DNA of 64,000 nt from Auanema rhodensis (Eukaryota > Animalia > Nematoda), in contig OZ059898.1 in assembly GCA_964057225.1 (NCBI GenBank), positions 6,944,001-7,008,000 of the forward strand, in the 5' to 3' direction. Each line of letters starts with the position of its first letter. Positions within the stretch are counted from its first letter, which is position 1. This document shows, piece by piece, positions 55,779 through 64,000 of this stretch. The notes under the pieces are model-generated. The model was given only the letters and a program-made list of their open reading frames with translations. It was not told the DNA's origin and searched no databases. Made by a program: the position numbers and the translations under genes.

Positions 55779-56031
55779 GCACAAGACTGCTAAAAAATTT
55801 TAAATTCTTTTTTATTTTCAGTTCATTAAAATAGCCCTTAGGACAAAGAATAAATTTAACTTTGGTACATAAACAGGTTTGGAAAATATATATTATTAAT
55901 AAACTCTCAACAAAAAAACAAAAAAAAAATGATTCCTAAGTTCTAAGAACTGGAAAATCATATCCCAATAGTTCAGCAATTTAGAATTTAAAAATATGAA
56001 ACTCTTTGAGATATGTTAAGAAAGTCAAAAA

Positions 56032-57234
56032 CTAAAAAATGCCATGCATTAGTTTTCGAGATTCTTCATATGCTACGAAAAGACATCCTGATGCTACACA
56101 TGTCCTAATAATAGTGGGTAAAAGACCTTTATACAGCCCACGAATTCCTGGAACATAGACTTTTACAAAAATTAAACACAGCTTAGTGGCACCTTCGTTT
56201 TTTGCAATATCAACAAGCATTGAAACAAATTTGCCTTCACCCTGCACTTGCATTCTTGATTTCACTACATCTGCGGGGAAGATAGATGTCCAGAGAGCCA
56301 TTCCACCTACAGCACCAGAAGCCGCAGTTTTAAAGAGTCCTAAATAAAACATTATAAACAATTAATTTATAACACAAACCTATGTCGTCTTTACTCTGCC
56401 CCTCTTTAGCAAGGAAGTACCGACATGTCTCATAAGCACCAAAAAAGCAAAAATAGCCAGGGACCTGAAAATATCTCTATACAATATGTCCAAGCATGTA
56501 AAAACTCACTTCTCTCGCTAAAGTTGGAGTCATTCCAACAAAAAAGCCTCTTACTCCCTTTTCTTTCCACATATCCCGACATACAGAAAAAGGGGTACTG
56601 AAAACATCAGTAAACGGTATATTTTTACTAATTTATGTTATTAACCATTTTATCTTTTGTTCAGTAGCCGATTGAAGACGACATTTTACAAGTTCAGTTG
56701 GACATAAGACCATGGCGGCAAATATGGCTGCTAAGGAACCGGATAAAGCATTTTCAACTGGAGTCATGTTTTTAGGATCAGAATGTCCAGCAACATGTCC
56801 AACAAACTGTAAAAGAAAAAAATATTTGAAAAATATATTTGTCGTCCACTTTTTGACAATAGCCATATGCTGAGAACAAGACAGCATTTTCAGCAATATT
56901 CGCAGCAAGTGCTGGCAAGGTACCTTGAACAAAGCTGGATAATAAACAGATATTTTATAAGTCTAACCAGCGTAGAGTCCTCGAATACCTTCAGATTTGA
57001 ATGTATCTTTTAAACATACAACCCAATTGTTGTAGAGATTAGGAAAGGTTTGAACTTTGACTTTAACCGTATCTAATGGCTGACCAGCGTAAACATTGGC
57101 TATTCCTCCTTAAAAGCGTTTTGTCCATCCCCATTCAATAAATCCGACTAACCGCATGTACCAGCAAGTAAGTCAACAATGCCATCTTTAAAGTGAGATC
57201 CACCGGAGTCAGTTTGACCACCTCCGTGGCTCAT
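56032..57234 (-). CDS. Mitochondrial ornithine carrier, SLC25A15-like (C. elegans T10F2.2-like)
   Basis: Three carrier signature motifs ([30 protein letters not shown]), plus [10 protein letters not shown] and [14 protein letters not shown]. Confidence 0.9.
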
Positions 57235-57598
57235 CTGAAAAAAGAAAACGAGTAGAAGCAGTTGCCTGCTGGTTTTTGAAGTATAGCAGCAAAAAAACTG
57301 AAAAATTTGGAAAAATAATCGGTAAAATTCATTCATAGTAAAAGTAACCACAAGAAAAAAATATATACTTCCAGATAATGTTTCCGAAGAATTGGACAAC
57401 ACAATCTGACCCGTGAACTATTGAAAAAAATTCGAACGAGATCCTAACATGGAAACAAATTAGAACGCAAGGTAACAATACATATCCGTGACACAGATGT
57501 ATATAAAATATAGTTGTGTATATATCTATAAATGAATGCAAATAGACAGATATATACAACATACACTATACGCATATGTGAATTTAAAAAAAAAAAAA

Positions 57599-60500
57599 CT
57601 ACAAAAGTTTCTGATTGATAATTTCGTACACCATCCTTTTCCTGTAATAGGGCATATGTTGTTGATTGAACACAAGTTCCTTTCGTCTCGAAGCAAACTC
57701 GGCAAACTTCAACGAAAACATACCACAATCACTACCATTTAACTGTTCAGGACAGTCCTGAAAATAAATTGCTTAGGTATACAGAATATAAACAAGAAAA
57801 AAACATACGGTCCGTATAACGAATGACCAGCCAGTTAGATCAAACTGTGTCTTTTTCTTATTTAGAGATTCTTGACACAGGTATTCTCTATAATACACGA
57901 AAAACAATAATATTAATTGTTGAAAAATATTACTTCAAATCTTGAAGACATTTTTGGTTATTGCCATGAAGAGAATCATAATATTCTATCTTTTTCGAAG
58001 AAAAATCGATTACCTAAAAGGAGTATATAGATTAGATTAGGAGTTTGATAGAAAAACATACAGCTAAGCACCAGTGATTATTGTGCATATGAACAGGGAC
58101 TATTAATATATCAAAAGAAAAAATGTCCACTTTTCGGGTCCATCGCTTAACACTGTCGTATCCCCTTGTGGATATATTTGTATAAAAAAATGTATTAAAA
58201 GCGTAAACCTGAAAAAGAAATTTAAATGGTAATATTTGGCTAAATGCAAACTTTAGGAAGTTTAGGATCAGAAGAACATCTCTCGCAAAGCAAGTTCAAA
58301 TAGCAATTAATAATCTCATCATTAAGCCAATTCAAACCCGATAACGTGCATAAATCCTGAAATGTAGCAATAAGGCTTAATTTATAATTTATTCGTACTT
58401 TTCGAGAAATTTTCGTTGTTGGAGTATTTACAAATAACTCATTAGGATCTGATTTGGACCAAACTGTCCGACATAGTTCAACCATATCGAGGGTTAATTC
58501 TGCAAATTATTATTAGTAATATTTGAATATAACGGATGTAGGAAACCTGGGAATTCGTTTTTGGTTGGCGGTTTAGGTTTGGGTGGTCTGATTCCCACTA
58601 ATTCTAAATTTTGTCGTACACGTTCTTCAATTTCAGCACGATCAGCCTAAGATAATAGCAAAAATATTTAAAACTTGTAGAAAACTATTTACGGTTCTTG
58701 ACAATGTCGCAATTCGCAATGTTTCTTTTAATTCTATTTCTCTTCTTCTTCTTGATTCAATTTCATTTTGATACCTTAAGTATAGTGTTGAGATATTGTT
58801 TTTAGAATTTTCCAACCTATCATATTCATTATGCTGCTCAGAAAGTTTCAGATCTACCTCCCTTATCCTCTCCATTATGTCATTAACGCTATCTTCTAAT
58901 CTGTTCGAGAAGGTGCTGCTAGCTACAGAAGTAGGAGAACTTCGTCCAGACGTTTGATCAGTTTCACTATAATTACAATAAGTTTGGCATAATTTTACAA
59001 GGATTACAGTACTTATGTATAGTATTTTCAGAAGGCTCAGAAGCTCTGAAATAACTTAACTTTTAAAGTAAAACTCATATTTTAACTAACACTTCGATGT
59101 TAGTAACAGATTCACCAGCTCCGAGTGCTCTAGAACAAACAGGATAATAGTCTTATTTTTCATAGAAACTCACCTGTTATCCTCACTCGCAACACTTGCA
59201 GTTTTTTTTCTTCCCCTAGAGAAAGTGGTCAAAAATATCTATGTAGCTAAAACAAAACTTACTCATTATCAGACAAGTTTATGTGAGCAGGAAGTTTAAC
59301 TAGAGCATTTTTCACACGTCGTAAGTATTTATTATGAATTCCAGATGATTTCAGTTTGCCAATTTTTTTGGTTTTACTTCAAAAAAATAGTATTACGATT
59401 AAACCAGAAAACTTCTTACGATATAGTATAAGTTTTCTGATTATCCCTTGCAGCAAGCATTGCTTTATAAGTATCTCTAGCACTAATTTGAATCGACTTA
59501 AAAAAAGTAATGCTAACCATTAAAAAAATTGAAAACCAACGTTTGTTATCATAGGATCTTCATCTTTGTCATAATTTTGAATATAATCTCGAATATATTT
59601 TTCACATCCATCTACCAATTTACGGTGATGTATCCTCCTAGATTTACGACTCCACCGGTCGCATGTAGATGGCTCTGAGAAGGACGATAAAACATCTTCT
59701 TCTTTTTTTTCTTACCGATAAAGAAGCTTTTGGGAGTTGTTTGCCTGCTCACACTATCATCTGGGCATGGTGAACCTGAGAACGATCGCAAACCGTTGGT
59801 AGAATAATTGGATATTGAATCAGATTGAGTTGGACTGAATAATGTGCTCGATGGATGCGACAACGCAATTATTTCTTGCAATTGAGTAACAGAGCCAGAA
59901 GCTTTTGAAACGTTAGTTTTAGGTGAATTATGAATTTCAGCCACAATTTCAACCTGGAAATCACTTCACTACAAATTGAATTTAAAAAATAATTAGCAAC
60001 CTCGTTCTCCGAAGAATCATCAGATACTGTTATTGTTGTATCTGGTAATGCAGTAGGCGTAGCAGGTTTTCTAAGTGTTACACCATTATCACGCTTCAAA
60101 ACTATTCCTTACTCTAGTGTAACGCTAATATCAGTACGTTCAGATTCATCTACACGAAATACAACCTCGTTTTTCTCACTTTCACATTCTGTATAATTTT
60201 CGTTGAGATCTTCCTCTCCTTCATCAGGTACATGAGGGAAATCTAAAACCGTATATAAGAACGTTTGGATGCCCACTTACTGAATTTTTTATCCCCAGGA
60301 GATGCTAAAGATTTAGCAACGGAGTCGCCTTCATCCGTTTCACTAATATGTGATCCAGAGAACATTTTAAAAACAGTTCGAAAAGGTTGTAGGGCTTAAA
60401 CATTAAACAATGATTCACATAATGATTTCAGAGCCTAACCGTATTCCATGAAACCGTTAGAAACTTTTTTTCTTTTTGGGCTTTCAGAAAAGTCGTCGAG

Positions 60501-60673
60501 TGGTTCGCCTTCTCTCTTCCTTGCTATAACGAAAGAGTAATTGATTAAGAATTCACGCTCATACCTCGGATATCGGATCCTTCGGTGGAAATTATATCAA
60601 GTTTATGCTCTATAATATCATGATCATTACTCGAATCAGATATGCTTCGGAAAAGGGGACGAACATAGTCCAT
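57599..60673 (-). CDS. ulp-1: SUMO protease (SENP/Ulp1, peptidase C48)
   Basis: Long disordered N-terminus; WLNDEIIN; RWTRKVDIF; catalytic residues in [16 protein letters not shown] and QLNGSDCG. Start codon inferred from an upstream acceptor. Confidence 0.88.
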
Positions 60674-60929
60674 GTCCACCTCACCCTCAACTAAACTAAT
60701 ATGTTGTACATCATTTCCGTAAGAGGATGAAGTATATAACAATATTAGGTGATTAACCATGTTATAAAAGCAAATATAACAAAAATACATAAATACTTCA
60801 TGTTCAAAATGGGTAATGTAGTTAAGATCAACGGGAACAATAGTCTAATGATGATCAAAGATTCTTGTGAAACAATTGTTTACAATATACAACAGAACCG
60901 ATAACAGAAACAACCATAAATTATATTGT

Positions 60930-62927
60930 TTAGAGCGAGTAAATACGTAAAGACTTATCCATGGAAGATGAATATACTGTATTTGCATTTTCCCCGAATC
61001 GAACAGAGGTCACATTAGCTGTACTATCCGAAAATGTTCCACAAAGCTGAAACATCAAGATTAAGCTCACAATTAAAAAAAAGAAAAATGATAAATAAAA
61101 TGATACTTACCGCCCAAGATTTCACATGAAGTATTTGAACGTCAACCGAAGCGACACCAAGGAAGGTTCCACTGTTGTCAAAGTATATGTTGTTAATCTG
61201 GAATTCGTAATGTAAAAATCTCAAAAAAATCGTTTTAATTTACAGCAGATCTTCCATCGTGAAGAGTTAAATTCTTGAGCATCTTTAGTTTACGAAGATC
61301 CCACAATCGAACCTAAAATCAGAATATACTGAGAAAAAGGATATATATTCCCACCTCTCCATCATCAGCTCCAGTAGCCAAGTAATAACCATTCTCAGAA
61401 AAAGCGATGGCTCTCACTGGTCCAGTATGTCCAGGGAAGTTAGCAACATTTTTCTATAAATAGGATAACCATTAAAATCCTTTATTATTTAAAGACCTGT
61501 TCTTTCATATCCCAAATTTTGACGGTGGCATCAGCAGTACCAGTACCAAAAATAAGACCATCAGGATGAAATTCAGCACAGCAAATAGCGACATTAGAAG
61601 ATTCATCAGCAGACACCTAAAAACATTACATATGTAAAAACTGTTTAACAGTAGTACTGGTACCTTGCACAAAGTTTTTCCAGTGTGCAAATCAGAGAAA
61701 GCCCAATGAGCATCGTCCGAGGCAGAAAGAACAAAATCTCCAGTAGCATGAAGAGAAATATCTTAAAGAAACAGATTTAAATTTACTTAAAGGAATAAAA
61801 TTTATTACCAGTTACAGCAGCTTGGTGAACATCAATAATAGCAGAGTTGTTTTGTTCACCACTTGACCAGACACGTACAGTTGCATCGGAACTAGCAGAA
61901 ATGGCTGTCTTGCCATTTGGATGAAGAATGACAGAAGTAACTTTCTTAGTGTGTCCATTAAATTCGTTTTCAACAGTCTCTTTGTCAATGTTGAACATGA
62001 CAACCTTTTTATCAACACCACCAGTAAGCGAAATAGAGCCCTACATAATATAAGTTATTGTTTAAAAACAAAAAAAAAAGTACCGCAATATCCATGGCTG
62101 TAATTCCGGGATTACCAGTACTATGTAGAGCATTATGACTATTAATTTGTTTGTAATTAGCAAAATCGTCTTGTTTAGCGAGATTTTCAGGAACACTCTT
62201 TCCACGTTGCTTACGAATAGCAGTAAGAGCTCCGGCCTTATCGTCAAGCTTCTTAACAACAGATCTTGGAAGACCTAACAACAAGAACTGAATGATAGTT
62301 TAACACGAGTACACAAACCTGCTTGATTCTCTTCAACACTTTGTTCCATATCTACATCACCAATTGGAACATCAACCGAACCATGAGGCTTAAGAGTAGA
62401 AAGTGCTTCACGAGCAGCAGTGACTTCCTTTGATAGACGAGCAATAACTCGACAAGCAGCATCATGCTACAAACATAATTTTTTTCCAAACAAATCGAAA
62501 CTATTACCTGATATAAAGAATGAGATAGTTCCTGGCGAGCTACCTGTAATTGTTGACGAAGAGAAAAACTGTTTAACATAACAGTATCAAATTCATCCTA
62601 TTAACTTATAAATTAAAAAACTATAAAAACTAAATTATAAACCTGCAGTTGTTTGAGAAGAGATGGAATGGAGGTTTGAGATGTATTTCGAACGGTAGCA
62701 GTAGCAGGATCAACTTTTAAGTCAATGAGCTAAAATTCAAATAAAGGTAAATATAATTATAAAAATAATTCTCTCACTTGTTCCTCAGAAAGTTTTTCAG
62801 ATGATATAGGATCACTTCCATTTTCACTAATGTATTTGAGGATAAGACGTTTTTCGAAAATATGACCAGATGGAGATACTACAGGCTCAGTAGTTTGTTC
62901 TCCACTAATAGCACAAATAAATACCAT
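60930..62927 (-). CDS. prp-19: PRP19 splicing factor / E3 ligase (U-box, coiled coil, WD40)
   Basis: [10 protein letters not shown]...GHIFEKRLI; [14 protein letters not shown]; [21 protein letters not shown]; WD40 repeats ([22 protein letters not shown]). Confidence 0.93.
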
Positions 62928-63567
62928 TCTATCTAAATAAAAGCTTTTTATTGTTAAAATATCACATAATATTCATATTATCTAAAATAATTTAGAGAAA
63001 AAGACACAATTTCTCAATCTTTTGAACATGCTCGCAAATTTTGAATGTTTGGCTGTTGTCCAAAAAGTGTACGCGTACACTTAACATTAGAGCGATTATT
63101 TCTCAATGCAGCATACTACTTGTATTCCTTTTGAAAATAACATTTTATAGCTCATCTTTTCTGACAATGGATGTTGTAGAGTAGAATATATTTTTAATAT
63201 GTATGGTGGTCAGTTCAGATTTATACATACATTAAGACTTTGCTTGTTCGAACTTGTGTGCAAGTGTTTTAATATGTATACTGTAGTCTTAAGGCTTTTT
63301 AGTTAACGTAGTTTTACTTGATTGGAAATATAGTTTTAGTGATTACTTAGTATTCTAATTATCTTGAACTTCCAATGAGTGAAAGATTATAAGTACAAAT
63401 GTTCAAAATAACTAGATTTATATCATTATAACGGTCGAAGTATAGGGGGTCGGACAGGGTACAAAGTCCATCGTAGTCCATGCTGTTATCTTCTTTCTCC
63501 AGATATTTTATACATTTTGCTGTTGTCGTGAGCTTTCGAACAAAATATGAATTTTTAAAATTTTCAG

Positions 63568-64000
63568 ATGTTCCGTGCTAAGTCTTGTTCTATCAATTTA
63601 GCTCGTTCCTTTGCCAATGCTGCTAAAAAGGAACGAGTTGGTCCAAATATCGTTCTTGTTGATGCAGTTAGGTATAAATTTTGTTTAAAAATAGCTTTTT
63701 TTTACTGATGCGTTTGATTGAAGAACTCCCTTTGTCGTGTCCGGAACAGTATTCAAGGATTTGATGGCTGTTGATTTACAAAAAGAAGCAATCAAAGGTT
63801 TTTTTCTTTATTTTTAAGAGTTCATTTTTTTAATTCAGCTTTAATTGCTCGTACCAACATTCCTTATAACAATATTGATCATATTATTTGCGGAACTGTT
63901 ATTCAAGAATGCAAAACCAGCAACATCGCAAGAGAAGCAGCACTTTTAGCCGGTGTTCCAGATAAGGTAATATATTAAAACTATCCAGTATTAATTGGCT
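63568..64000 (+). CDS. Mitochondrial 3-ketoacyl-CoA thiolase (trifunctional enzyme beta, HADHB-like), 5' part
   Basis: Presequence [16 protein letters not shown]; [24 protein letters not shown]; [23 protein letters not shown]. Runs off the end of the window. Confidence 0.88.

Larger units (their letters stand above)
52362..62927 (-). other. Probable four-gene trans-spliced operon: prp-19 > ulp-1 > SLC25A15-like > gars-1
   Basis: All on the same strand, with stop-to-start gaps of only about 255, 365 and 255 nt, and an unpaired U-rich acceptor before each downstream ATG. The same four genes are, from recall, neighbours in C. elegans (T10F2.4/.3/.2/.1). Confidence 0.7.

Overview
Gene-dense, AT-rich eukaryotic DNA from a rhabditid (clade V-like) nematode, inferred from gene content, trans-splice-like acceptors and very short (about 40-55 nt) introns. 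The ORF track shows only exon fragments, so I rebuilt 20 intron-containing protein-coding genes by hand. In order: ppm-2 (3' part), an rme-2-like yolk receptor, a short-tailed myosin II, an unannotated 87-aa single-pass membrane protein, a serpentine chemoreceptor, a tandem C2H2 zinc-finger protein, ppm-1.G, dagl-1, alh-11, chin-1, mmad-1, nra-4/NOMO, an alpha-arrestin, npp-10 (Nup98-96), a probable operon prp-19 > ulp-1 > SLC25A15-like carrier > gars-1, and the 5' end of a mitochondrial thiolase. A very AT-rich, gene-poor interval (about 17-23 kb) holds a 438-bp non-autonomous hAT transposon and several GC-richer islands. The most notable hidden features are the microprotein, an operon-linked mitochondrial-targeting exon of gars-1, a splice/poly(A) switch for Nup98-only transcripts, a candidate RBFOX-regulated cassette exon in dagl-1, and relaxed splice signals (AAG/GAG acceptors, GC donors). 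I found no tRNA, rRNA, SL RNA or CRISPR array. Gene symbols rest on recalled C. elegans sequences, not on searches.
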